Shown one piece after another: positions 28,401 through 36,700 of a DNA stretch of 64,000 bases. Origin of the DNA: an uncultured virus (IMG/VR IMGVR_UViG_3300010362_000017) (Duplodnaviria > Heunggongvirae > Uroviricota > Caudoviricetes); IMG/VR virus record IMGVR_UViG_3300010362_000017; one strand, written 5' to 3'. Under the pieces are notes generated by a model. It saw only the letters and a program-made list of their open reading frames with translations. It did not search any database and was not told where the DNA came from. The translations under genes were made by a program, and so were the position numbers. Each line of letters begins with the position of its first letter. The stretch's first letter is position 1.

Positions 28401-30515
28401 GCTCGACAAGGTATCGCCAGCGATCGTCAGCTGATGCAGGCTTACACCGCTGCCGCTGCGGCGGTTGACAAGGCACGTGACGCCTGGGAGCGCGAGGCTC
28501 ACCAGAGTTACCTGACCGCACAGCAAGCGCAGCCACCGGCACCGCAACCTCCGGCTGTTGCTCCTCCGCCCCCGGCACAGCCTGAACCGGGGCCAGGAGC
28601 GTGGGGTGTTACGCCTGGCCCTGGCGTTCCTGGTCTTGTCGGCACGCCGTCGGGGCCGGCGGCAGAGCGGCCAGGCCAGCCGCTCGCGCCTCTGTATGAT
28701 CCGTCCGCCTACGAGATGCCGCCCTTCACTTCGCGAGAACCGCCTCCTTCAACCGGGCCTATCGAGATTGGTCCTGAGCGACAGGAACGTCCGGGAGAAC
28801 TGGCTCCGCTGTATGATCCGTCCGCCTACGAGAAGCCGCCCTTCACCTCGGCGCTACCACCTCCCCCAACCGGGCCTATTGAGATTGGTCCTGAGCGGCC
28901 GGAACGGCCGGGAGAAGAAGCAGAGCCAACGCCGGACTACACTGGCGCACCGTATGCGACGATGCAGTATCCGCCGATGACGCCAGCGGCGCCGCCTGGT
29001 CGCCCTGCTGGTCCTGGTGGCATTCGCGAGATTGGTCCCGATCCGAATGTCGACTACTATTCGGTGCCGCCTTATGCGCCGCCACCGGCCCCGACACCGC
29101 CCGTCGTTGCGCCACCGGCGCCGCCGCCGACTGTTAGTCCGCCGGCTCCTCCGCCAATCACGGCGCCTCCTGTGCCGCCGTCCGTGACTCCTCCGTCTGT
29201 TGCTCCGCCCGCTGCACCGACCGTGCCTGCACCAGCCGCACCGCGAGTGGCAGCTGCACCTCCAGCCGCGCCTGCGGCTCCGTACTATCCGCCGTCGTAT
29301 TTCGGCGGCAGAGAGGAAGCCATAGCTCAGCAAGTGCAGACAGAGATGCGGCGCAATCCAGCGCGTGTTGCTGCATTGATGGATGCCAATCCAAACATGG
29401 GCGTGATGCTGGCGTCCATCTTCACACCGGACCAACTCTCAGAGATGTTTGCGGATGTTGGGTTCAGTCGTGGCGAAGCTAATCCGCCGCCGCGGCGTGA
29501 CAACGACCAACAGCAACAGCAGCAACAGCAACAGCCGCCGGCGCCGACGATGGCACAGGGCGGTCTCGTGGACCTGCCGGGCTATTACCAGCAAGGCGGT
29601 GAGATGCTGCCGGTGCCGACTGACGAGCAGATACGAGCGGCGGCACGTGGCCCGAGACCAAACCAGCCGCTCTATCAGAGCTATGAAACGACGTGGGCGC
29701 AGAAGTCGTCAGGTTATCCGTATCTTACCGATCAGTTTAGAGTCAGACCTGCCGAGTGGGAGCGCTTCCTGCGCGAGCAACCACAGTCGACGAACGTCGT
29801 GGACACTCGCGGTCAGCCGCCTCCTGTGCGCCGTCCTGGCGAACCGGAGATAATCAGGAATCCAGACGGCAGTTTCAGCTATCGCTACGAGACTGGCGGT
29901 CTTGTCCCGCTGCCTCGCCAGACTGGTGGTCTCACGCTGGGCGGCATGAACACGCTGTCCAAGCAGGCGCATTTCACCGGGCTCAACACGCGCGCGGCTA
30001 TCCCGAAGCCTGGCGTTCACCTGATTTCGTCCAGCGTGCCTGGTCGCGTCGATCGTATCCCGATGCGCGCGGGCAGTGGCTCGTACATTCTGCCGGCGGA
30101 TGTTGTCAGCGGGCTGGGCCAAGGTAACACGATGGCCGGCGCCGCCATGTGGGGTAAAGCGATCTCGCATTCGATCGGCCCGATGGGGATGGCGAATGCG
30201 ATCAAGGCGCGCAGCATGAAGCAGCCGTCGCTGCGCATGCCGAGCCCCAACGTGAACCCGCGCGACTATGGCGGCGCTGGGTTCGGCTTCAAGGGGCAGG
30301 GTTGGGGTAAGTTCGCTGATGGCGGTGAGACCAATGGCGATGACTTCACGCCGATCATCACGGCGGGCGGAGAGGCCGTGGTCGATCCAGAGATTGTCGA
30401 GGCGCTGGGCGGCGGCGATGCAGAGGCGGGCAAGAAGGTGCTCGCCAACTCTGTGAGGAAGGTGCGCTCGCAAACCATAGCGCACATGAAAAAACTACCG
30501 GGGCCGGTTGCATGA
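22401..30515 (+). CDS. Giant internal virion/ejection protein: Cys/Gly tract, low-complexity spacers, cell-wall-hydrolase-like and peptidase M15-like domains
   Basis: 2704 aa; start uncertain (22401, 22419 or 22521). VVRAEGG...EATINRA; NSGYR...SNHGTGNGLD...DPYHVE; C-terminal PGRVDRIP...SYILPADVVSGLGQGNT.AG domain. Confidence 0.75.
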   Translation: MISSRIMPTTAYRRKQPDSDDEPQGGFLRRSEDGKIQWRGMRRTKQPRLSGLERAYWDEYQNKIASLHYLNSKRFNRHGNAVPDGTDFAVISRPGSFGGGEHRRLVFFNRARFSCSAITCSCLRIRPDYGGCGGGCDGGCGGGCGGCGCDTGGDACSGGCAMGGDTCGSCGGCGAACGGCGATAGAGSSGGCGPGACSCEGGCPGGACGGCSTGGGGCSGCSGGCGADCAGGGAGTCGPNSAPSGCTAGSAGCGTACAPGGCGPDLGGCNADVGASSIGAGVAGGWGGPTGFGDLAGGVSSAAGMGIGATAADVGFGFGGFGFGPSQDEPSGPSGGRGSTVAGVGVDWGPAFNGQMGIVGSQLDFAPPGTYSAVSPAAFENAMNYGSIVGPTETAVELGQSIAGQANALASNAILNAPQAAVPGVTAAVVGMAQSGMSISEMAQAVSDMGISPTGPFGNFDNPADITGIPAPMSDPQVGPSNVRLGEFAPSGGGDQLAGGGGFDFAAGPDDLSGFGDFTTTAFDTTDQQDQDQRGGGGQFAAAAGAPSDQTFAPDTLDMLTAGGGQFAGGGQQFAALDTGTLTDVGTGGGFTTGGGGFMSSVGDISGGEGDIFGGGFMDAGGIYQGAAPTDVLNDILNYTPAGQEPEDAPDTDYLNTDYARDQSDRDERGGRERGAQFASLAPPTGGLTQTQLAALNIHQGGPGALSASGGPGEKAFPTTPQEVAAAKTEQQAQAGGGERALPGDVGPGGIPAPTYSTTPEPGRYESFAPPTTWSQPLDPSAYQAPPQATTGPAVPVDTSIDPEGFERSDQGRGAVAQSDQPAPRGGGVQPVDTTMPPGAFERGDPGRGGTPYGSPYTTNVPPGAEPQAPGPGAPRDVIVQAPSLAPPTDQSPLAPGPVGPGPTPSITAPPQPPSPPAPPYAPPPPPEGGERARPGEGERGRVTVAPPVPGPGPLLIPQVGPDGRLQFYAPPPVEGEGAERPPIGPPGTQTPGLTQRQQEEQGQEQQRQEQERRRQQQQQEQQQRELGLAPQRAPVTGPTPGLTRETAPTGAAPVAGVVPTEAPTIGAGRTTTKGEERQQIEPPATTLPPIPPARAKQLPEAPKAPAVEAPKGAPPAPPGSPAASIADIAAAQAAREAPQEAKATRAERQAARTRDVSVPPQNMIPPDANQEQIDAHKTPQRAEQRAAIRERLAADPALRDRFEKVVRAEGGDSLAKSTTVAEATINRAIEHFNGDIAKAIAPEQFEGRGTNPYFPAKSDPDRKGASSNANSKAGTDNALNGSDLIDGATGNETGRGGIKGNTARFTGNNNVAAVGRDPKSPDNERYGRETRGPWADSQPLGARTGPAGRAQAQAEGRARSFAGLVRAPALRANRADEKAGRREFSPQNLQAAERAQPLRPASDRTLDFSKSANVNVSRMNPAAVDAFNRAYRDYVAQGGDASSAHANSGYRPATQAQAEQMQNETPGIRSQEQIRRDMARSGETGPAASIGTSNHGTGNGLDLKLGGFRTWLATNGQRYGLAGIRGGLKGDDPYHVEYVGPGRGTGETQIARQAPVRGGEAPRTPSGLAENRAALAGGRGTVPAVPGTEPVVQGAPIVAPPTPPAWAPQFGPPPVQPVPGRAGTPSGPGIERGLPITGGVVSPLTPGLAGTPSGAAIERGLPIEGGVTAGPGIAGLVGGPSGLRAGERALDIVGGVQRGPGEPGARGTPSGEAVLPPGYGVGRVGEVTREPLARLGTEGQAPAGPGEWGVTAGPGIAGRPGAPSGPPEQRPAVEPTAEEMAGGYQPSVGAGGVQPGVGVPGAPGAQAGETRGGFTLTGPPTGEPTAQPGLTPIAEPTETAGVPGAPGTQAGLAPEGRPTAPPETPPTETPPTETPPTETPPTSTYVPPSIGVLPKPPTKPETKTEKQRIEEAFQHGLQRMSPEERAKIQEYRANVTDKMKSDLVNGKMTVYEFMAQGGGNKVSAATIKSIADGTAMWPLSNYRAEVLKGMQGIQQTVAEARQGIASDRQLMQAYTAAAAAVDKARDAWEREAHQSYLTAQQAQPPAPQPPAVAPPPPAQPEPGPGAWGVTPGPGVPGLVGTPSGPAAERPGQPLAPLYDPSAYEMPPFTSREPPPSTGPIEIGPERQERPGELAPLYDPSAYEKPPFTSALPPPPTGPIEIGPERPERPGEEAEPTPDYTGAPYATMQYPPMTPAAPPGRPAGPGGIREIGPDPNVDYYSVPPYAPPPAPTPPVVAPPAPPPTVSPPAPPPITAPPVPPSVTPPSVAPPAAPTVPAPAAPRVAAAPPAAPAAPYYPPSYFGGREEAIAQQVQTEMRRNPARVAALMDANPNMGVMLASIFTPDQLSEMFADVGFSRGEANPPPRRDNDQQQQQQQQQPPAPTMAQGGLVDLPGYYQQGGEMLPVPTDEQIRAAARGPRPNQPLYQSYETTWAQKSSGYPYLTDQFRVRPAEWERFLREQPQSTNVVDTRGQPPPVRRPGEPEIIRNPDGSFSYRYETGGLVPLPRQTGGLTLGGMNTLSKQAHFTGLNTRAAIPKPGVHLISSSVPGRVDRIPMRAGSGSYILPADVVSGLGQGNTMAGAAMWGKAISHSIGPMGMANAIKARSMKQPSLRMPSPNVNPRDYGGAGFGFKGQGWGKFADGGETNGDDFTPIITAGGEAVVDPEIVEALGGGDAEAGKKVLANSVRKVRSQTIAHMKKLPGPVA
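28683..28916 (+). repeat. Two tandem 117-bp imperfect repeats (LAPLYDPSAYE.PPFTS...TGPIEIGPER.ERPGE)
   Basis: Copies at 28683-28799 and 28800-28916. Confidence 0.85.
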
Positions 30516-31180
30516 CGAAGGTGTTGTACGATCTCGAAAGCGGCGTGCCTGGCGTGCGCCTCGCCACCAAGGACGATGAGTGGCAGATATTCGGACTGCT
30601 GATGCTGCTCCATGCCGAGAACGGCATGTTCCGGCTCAATCGCGACAAGGTGCTTGCCGGTATTCAATGGGCGACCGAGCGCAAGGGCGGCATCATCTTC
30701 TGCATCGACGACAACAAGGGCGTGGTTGCGACGCTGGGGATGTGCATCACGTCGGACTGGTACAGCGACGATGAGTATCTGCTGGAGCGCTGGAACTACG
30801 TTCACCCCGACTATCGCCGCAGTGACTACTCGCGCAAGCTGATCGACCAGGCCAAGTGGACGCACGAATGGTTCAAGCGCACGGGCGTGCTGCTGCCGCT
30901 GCAGGTCGGGATTAACTCCTTCGACCGCACGGAAGCGAAGGTGCGGCTGTACGCGCGGCAGATGGCGTGCATCGGTGCGTTCTTCATGTACGGCTTGCCG
31001 CCGTTGCAGGCGGATAAGATGGCCGACGAAATGCGCCGTATCGACGAGTTGAACCAAAAGAACAAGGGACTACCCATCGGCGAGCAAAAAGTGCGGCCTG
31101 TGGTCGAGACTATTCTCAAGGTAGGCAAGCGGAAACCGGAGCCGCTGTACTTCGCACGGGAGAGCGAAGATGTGCAATAA
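30512..31180 (+). CDS. GNAT-fold acyltransferase-like protein
   Basis: VRLATKDD start, WYSDDEYLLERWNYVHPDYRRS (motif A-like), AKVRLY; lies between ejection genes. Confidence 0.7.
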   Translation: MTKVLYDLESGVPGVRLATKDDEWQIFGLLMLLHAENGMFRLNRDKVLAGIQWATERKGGIIFCIDDNKGVVATLGMCITSDWYSDDEYLLERWNYVHPDYRRSDYSRKLIDQAKWTHEWFKRTGVLLPLQVGINSFDRTEAKVRLYARQMACIGAFFMYGLPPLQADKMADEMRRIDELNQKNKGLPIGEQKVRPVVETILKVGKRKPEPLYFARESEDVQ

Positions 31181-33743
31181 GAGCGGAAGCCCTCCGGTCC
31201 CCAATCAAACCTCGACGGCTTATCAATCCGCGACTGCGCCCAGCGCATTCGTCCAGCCCTACTACCAGGGCTTCCTGCAGAACGCGCAGCAACTCTCACA
31301 GACGCCGTTCAACACGGCGATGCTGGGGCAAGTTGCGCCGATGAATGCCTCGCAGACTGCGGCCGGCACGCAGCTGTTCAACCTCGGCATGAATCTGGGG
31401 AGCTTCGATCCCAACGCCGTCAGCACCATCCAGTCGCCGTTCATGGAAGACGTGGTGAAGGCGACACAGGATTGGTTCAACAACCAGAATCGTATCCAGG
31501 GCAACGACCTTATCGGTCAGGCCATCCGTTCCGGCAACGCCTTTGGCGGCGATCGCGCCGGCATTGCGGAGGCACAGCTGGCGGGGCAGCAGCAACTCGC
31601 GCAGGCCCCGGTCATCGCCGGCTTGCGCCAGGCCGGCTACACGCAAGCCCTCGACGAATACAATCGCCTCAAGCAGATGGGCATCACCGGCGCCGGTACT
31701 GCGCTGGGCTGGGGCACGCTCGCGCAGCAGCAGCAACAGCGCGAGATGGACGTCGCGCAACAGAACGCCATGATGGCGTCAGCCTATCCGTTCCAGACTG
31801 CAAACTGGTACGGCTCGACTCTGGGCGGTATTGGCCCGCTGCTGGGCTCGTTCGCTCAGGGTTACACCACGCCGCCGCAACCTAACGAACTGACACAAGG
31901 TCTCGGCATTGCATCCTCGCTGATCGGTCTTGGTACGTCATTGTTCGGTAAGGACGGCGGTGTGGTGGGCCGTAAGGTCGGCGGTTTGGTGCCGATCGTG
32001 GTCGCGCGTCGCAACGGCGGCCTGGTGCCGGTCGCATTCAGGGACGGCGGAGGCGTCATCCATCTTGTTCCACCGTCGCGCCCGCCGCGCCGGCAGACCG
32101 GCGGCCTGGTGCCGGTGTGGGGGATGTATCGTGGCGGCCTGATCGATCGCCGCATCCCGCGGCACGGTCTCGGCCGGCGTCTGCCACCAAAGCGCCAGTA
32201 CGGTGGCGGTATCAGCCTGAGCACCGGCGGCGATGATGATGACACAGGGCCTACCACGCACAGCTTCAATCTCGACCAGCTGAATATCCCGACATTCAAG
32301 GGGCCGCCCGACGCCGGCTCTTGGATACAGCAGCGCATGCGGGACACCGCACGCGAGCAAAAGAAACCGGCCAACCCGACCGCGGACGCGATCGATGCCA
32401 TCAGCGGCATTGCCAAGAAGGCGGCGCCGATGCTGGCGCTGATGGCGCTCAAGAGCGGCGGCAGAGTGGGATATTACGCCGATGGCGATGACGTCGACGA
32501 CGACGACAACGAGGCCGTGCTGGATACTGGTGCCGATGATGTTTCCAGGGAGGACATGCCGCGGCTGATCCAGACAGCGTATGCCGCGCCTGGTGCGGCA
32601 GCGTATCGTCCTTCACAGCCGCAGGTGCCGGTGGTTGCTCCCGCCCCGGCCGCTGATACAGCTGCGCCAGCTGCGCCAGCAGCAGCTGCGCCTGCCGCCA
32701 CTACAGCAGCAGTTAATCCCGAGTCGTTCTGGAACCAGCCACCACCTCCCGGTGGACGCACCTTCTATGGCGGGAGGACAGCCGACACTGGAGGTGGCCG
32801 CGCTGGTGAGACGACGGTCATCCCCGGTCTCGGCCCGCCACCGCGCACCTTCGCCCAGCGCTGGGCAACCAATCCGTTCACGCAAGCTGGCGCAGCGATG
32901 CTGATGAGCCGCAGCCCGTATTTCGGGCCGGGCGTGGGCGCGGGCATGCTGGCGGCATCGGGCTCGATCGAGCAGCAACGCAAGGAAGACCTGCTCGAAA
33001 ACAAACCGCAGATGATCGACGACGGCCAGTCGATCAAATATCGCGTCGGCAACAGGATAATCGACTCCGGCATCACCTCCCCGAAGGCGCGGGCGGCCCA
33101 GGAAAGGCGAGACGTTCTTGAGTATCAGGAGGGAAAGCGCACGGAGCGGCAGCAGATACGTTCCGGCGGCAGGCCGTCGGGCGCACAGGCGGAGGCAACC
33201 AATCGCTTCCACATGCGCGCGCTGCAAAAGCAGCTGGAGGCAATCAAGGATGATCCCGATCGCGTGGCGAAGGCGCGGCAGATCATTCAGGACTACAACA
33301 ACCAATGGGGCACGAACTTCAACGTGCCGGCTGCGCCTGCGCCCGAAACGGAAGGGGCGGCACCAAGCGGTGAGGGCTTCTGGAACTGGCTGTGGCGAGG
33401 CATCACCGGCGCCAGCGCACCGGCGAAGCCGGCCGCTGCGGCTGCAGCGGAGTCAGAGCCGGACGACGAAGGGCAGGCAGCGCCAGCTGCCCCGAGGGGC
33501 GGCCGCACGGGCGCGGCAGCTATCCCGACAGCGCCGGCAGCGCCTGCCGCAGAGGCGCCGCAGGACCTAGCAACCGCCCTCGATAAGAAGACAATCACCA
33601 AGGAACAAGCGATCTCGCAAGCTCGCGCCGCCGCCAAGCGCGATCCCAGCAAGATCGATATGATCACCAAGCGACTACGCGATGCTGGGATAAAGAACTT
33701 TGGCGACCTGCTGCAGGGCTCACCAGCGACACCAGCACGGTAG
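31170..33743 (+). CDS. Internal virion / DNA ejection (pilot-like) protein
   Basis: MCNKSGS start, SPFMEDVV, NAFGGDRAGIAEA, LRQAGYTQA, Q-rich; eight xxxGG motifs. Confidence 0.7.
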   Translation: MCNKSGSPPVPNQTSTAYQSATAPSAFVQPYYQGFLQNAQQLSQTPFNTAMLGQVAPMNASQTAAGTQLFNLGMNLGSFDPNAVSTIQSPFMEDVVKATQDWFNNQNRIQGNDLIGQAIRSGNAFGGDRAGIAEAQLAGQQQLAQAPVIAGLRQAGYTQALDEYNRLKQMGITGAGTALGWGTLAQQQQQREMDVAQQNAMMASAYPFQTANWYGSTLGGIGPLLGSFAQGYTTPPQPNELTQGLGIASSLIGLGTSLFGKDGGVVGRKVGGLVPIVVARRNGGLVPVAFRDGGGVIHLVPPSRPPRRQTGGLVPVWGMYRGGLIDRRIPRHGLGRRLPPKRQYGGGISLSTGGDDDDTGPTTHSFNLDQLNIPTFKGPPDAGSWIQQRMRDTAREQKKPANPTADAIDAISGIAKKAAPMLALMALKSGGRVGYYADGDDVDDDDNEAVLDTGADDVSREDMPRLIQTAYAAPGAAAYRPSQPQVPVVAPAPAADTAAPAAPAAAAPAATTAAVNPESFWNQPPPPGGRTFYGGRTADTGGGRAGETTVIPGLGPPPRTFAQRWATNPFTQAGAAMLMSRSPYFGPGVGAGMLAASGSIEQQRKEDLLENKPQMIDDGQSIKYRVGNRIIDSGITSPKARAAQERRDVLEYQEGKRTERQQIRSGGRPSGAQAEATNRFHMRALQKQLEAIKDDPDRVAKARQIIQDYNNQWGTNFNVPAAPAPETEGAAPSGEGFWNWLWRGITGASAPAKPAAAAAAESEPDDEGQAAPAAPRGGRTGAAAIPTAPAAPAAEAPQDLATALDKKTITKEQAISQARAAAKRDPSKIDMITKRLRDAGIKNFGDLLQGSPATPAR

Positions 33744-33746
33744 GGC

Positions 33747-36700
33747 GTGATGGCTGAGGACTTTTTCGCGGACATCACAGAGCCGGAACCGGAGCGGACG
33801 GAAGGCCGCCCCGACATTCTGGCGGTGCCCGAGCGCCTGCGCCCGCCCGTGCGCTTCGTGCCGCAAGGTGTGCCGCGCGAGCCGCCGCCGCCGCCGCCGC
33901 CGCCGGCCCCCGCGCAGGAGCCGTTTTACGATCCGATGACCGGCGCGCCGGTGCGAGTGCCGGGCCAGGTCGTGCAAGAGCCGCCTGGGAAGCCGGGGTT
34001 CGTGCAAGGTCTAGGGGAAGGGCTAGGCAGCGCGGTCAGCGGCGCCGCCGAGACCGGCGAAGCAATGGTCAATCGGCTGCGCGGGCGCCCGCTCGCTGAG
34101 CCGACAGAGAGTTTTACGACAGCGCCGGAGGTGGCAGAGCTACCGCCGAGCCAGGGCATGTTTCATCCGTATTGGTGGGGACACATGCTGGGGCACGGCG
34201 CGCCAGCAATGGCCGCTTACGCCCTACCTGGCGGTGCGATCGGCGCCGGCTTGGCGACCTTCATCACCGAATACGGCCCGTCGTTTCGGGCGAATGTCGA
34301 AGCCGGCGTACCGGAAGATCAGGCGCTTCGTACCGCTCTCCAAAGCTCCGGCGTGAATGCGGCTGCGACCGCCGCCATGTTCGGCCTGCCGCTCAGAGTT
34401 TTTACGCAACTGATTGGACAACCGACCGTCGGCGGTGCCGCACAAATCCTGCAGAACTACATTGCCGGTTTGCCTCCAGAGGACGCCTTTAGGGGCGTGG
34501 GAGAGGCGATGCTGGCAGGTCTGTTCGCGGCTGCTCCCGTAGTCGCCGGCAAGGGCATCGCCAGAGTGTACCGGCGAGTGAGAGGCAAGGGCGCCGAGCC
34601 GAAGGTCGAGGGTGAACCAGAGGCCCCACCGGCAGAGCCCGAGGCCCCATCGGCAGAGCCGGCAGCTGAGGTGCCAGCAAAGACGCCAGCTGCCAAGCCG
34701 GCAGAGGAAGCGCCACCGACAGCACCGACAGCACCGACAATATCCGAGCCATCCGCGCCGGCACGGGCGCCGACGGACGCCGATCTCTTTGACTGGATGG
34801 TTCGTACCGGCGGAGAGGGCGAGCCGCCGACGGCCGCCCCCGTGCAGGTCGCTGCGGCTGCGCCTATCCGCGTTGCCCCTCCTCGAGTCGAGCCCCGTGT
34901 CGAGCCGCCGCGGCCGCCCCCGGCAGAGCCGCCTCGCGCGCGGGAGCCGGTCCCGGAGGCCCGGCCGGAGGAGCGCGCGCCAGAGCGTCCAGCAGAGCCG
35001 CCTCGCGCGCAGGAGCCAGATTACTTCTCCGACATCGGCGAGCCGCCGGATTGGGTGACCGAGCGGCTTCCTGAGCCACGGGGAGAACGGCCCCCAGAGG
35101 AACAGCTGCCTTACGATGAGGCCGCAGCGTGGGCGCGCAGGCCGGAAGCCCCGGAACCGCCTCGCGCGCGGGAGCCGGCGCCGAAGCCAGAAGAGTATCG
35201 ACCGCGGGGCGCCCTCCCGCCTGCGGAGGAGATCGGCCAATCCGTTCAGCCGATCCCCGGCTTTGGCGGAATCTTCAAGGTGGGGGACGAGTTCGTTCTT
35301 CGTGACCAGCTGGGCAAGGAGCTTGGGCGTTACGCTACCGCTGACGAAGCTCGCAATGCTGCCCGTGCTCCTCCCGCGGAGGAGCCGGTTGCGCCGCCGC
35401 AGTTCCCGGAGGCGCCCGCCCCCGCACGTGTGCGGGGTGCAATACCCGGGCTGGCTCCCCCGAAGGGTGGCAGGGCGCAGTCGTTGATGGATTTCATCCG
35501 CCAGCACGGCATCGATCCGAACGATCCGATGATCGGCGACGTGCAAGCGATGAACCTGCCCCGCGGCTACATCCGCAAGGGTGGTAAGCCGCTCGATACG
35601 CTGTTGGAAGCGGCGGTTGAGGCCCGCTACATCGATGATCCCGGTTTCAGGGGCGGCGGCGAGCGCACGTCAACTGTCGATGACCTGCTGGCCGCGATGG
35701 ATAAGGACCATCGGGCGCGCAAGGCCAAGAACCCGGAGCAGCAGGTCTGGCCGCAGGGCGAAGAGGTCATGCGCCGCCCGGGTGCCGAGGAGCGCCAGCG
35801 GTCACGCGATCTCGACACGACGGCCCGGAGCATCGAGGAAGCATTCGAGAAAGAGGGCATCAGCAGGAACGAGCTTGATCCAAACACTTTGCGGAACGCA
35901 GCCGAGGCAATGTATCGTCGTGAGCCTGGCTACGAGACACCGCTGGAAGCCTACGATCGAGCCGCCGCATGGCGAGAGGAGGTCTACGGTGAGAAGCGCA
36001 CAGGAGTGCGCGGAGGCCGCGAGAAAGTTTATCCAGGCGGCGAACCGCGAGCAGAACCCCGAGGTGAAGAAGCGCCTGCTGGGCCTCGCCCACGCGAACA
36101 AGGGCCTGGTAAGGCTCGCGAACTTGCTCGCGAAGAAGTCCGCCCCGAAGCCCTAGAGTTTGCACACGATGTCGCCCGGCGCCAGGTCGGACGAGAGATC
36201 GATTTTCTGGACTCGATGCCGCTCAGCCGCGTGCTGGCGGGGCTTGATTTCTCTCACCTCTCCGGTGCTGCCCTCAAGACTGCCGAGTGGGTTCGCAACC
36301 GGCTCACCCGCCTGGTCGGTGACACGCCGGTCCACTTTGTTGCCGAGCGGGATATCCACGAGTTTGCCGGTCATACTGATCCCAAGGCGAGGGTGAATGG
36401 CTTCTGGGCACAGGAGCTTAACACACGGACCAGCAAGCCGGACAGCTTCATTTTTTTGAACGCGGACATGATGTACGCCGGCAACAAGGCCGAGGGCGTC
36501 CATACCGTCCTGCACGAAGCCACCCACGCCGCCACCAATGCCGCCATCGACCGCAACGCCGCGGTGCGGCGCTCGATCCAGGCGATGATGACCGCTCTCA
36601 AGGGAAAGATAACGAAGGGCGGCAAGCCGATCTACGCGATGACGGACGTACACGAGTTCATCGCAGAGGTCTTTAGCAATCCGCAGCTGCAGGAGGCGAT

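Noticed and set aside
27270..28916. CRISPR-like or DGR-like repeats
   Set aside because: Repeats are in-frame peptide duplications (GTPSG..ERGLPI, PPTET, 117-bp unit) with no spacer structure; no reverse transcriptase or adenine-specific variable/template pair seen.
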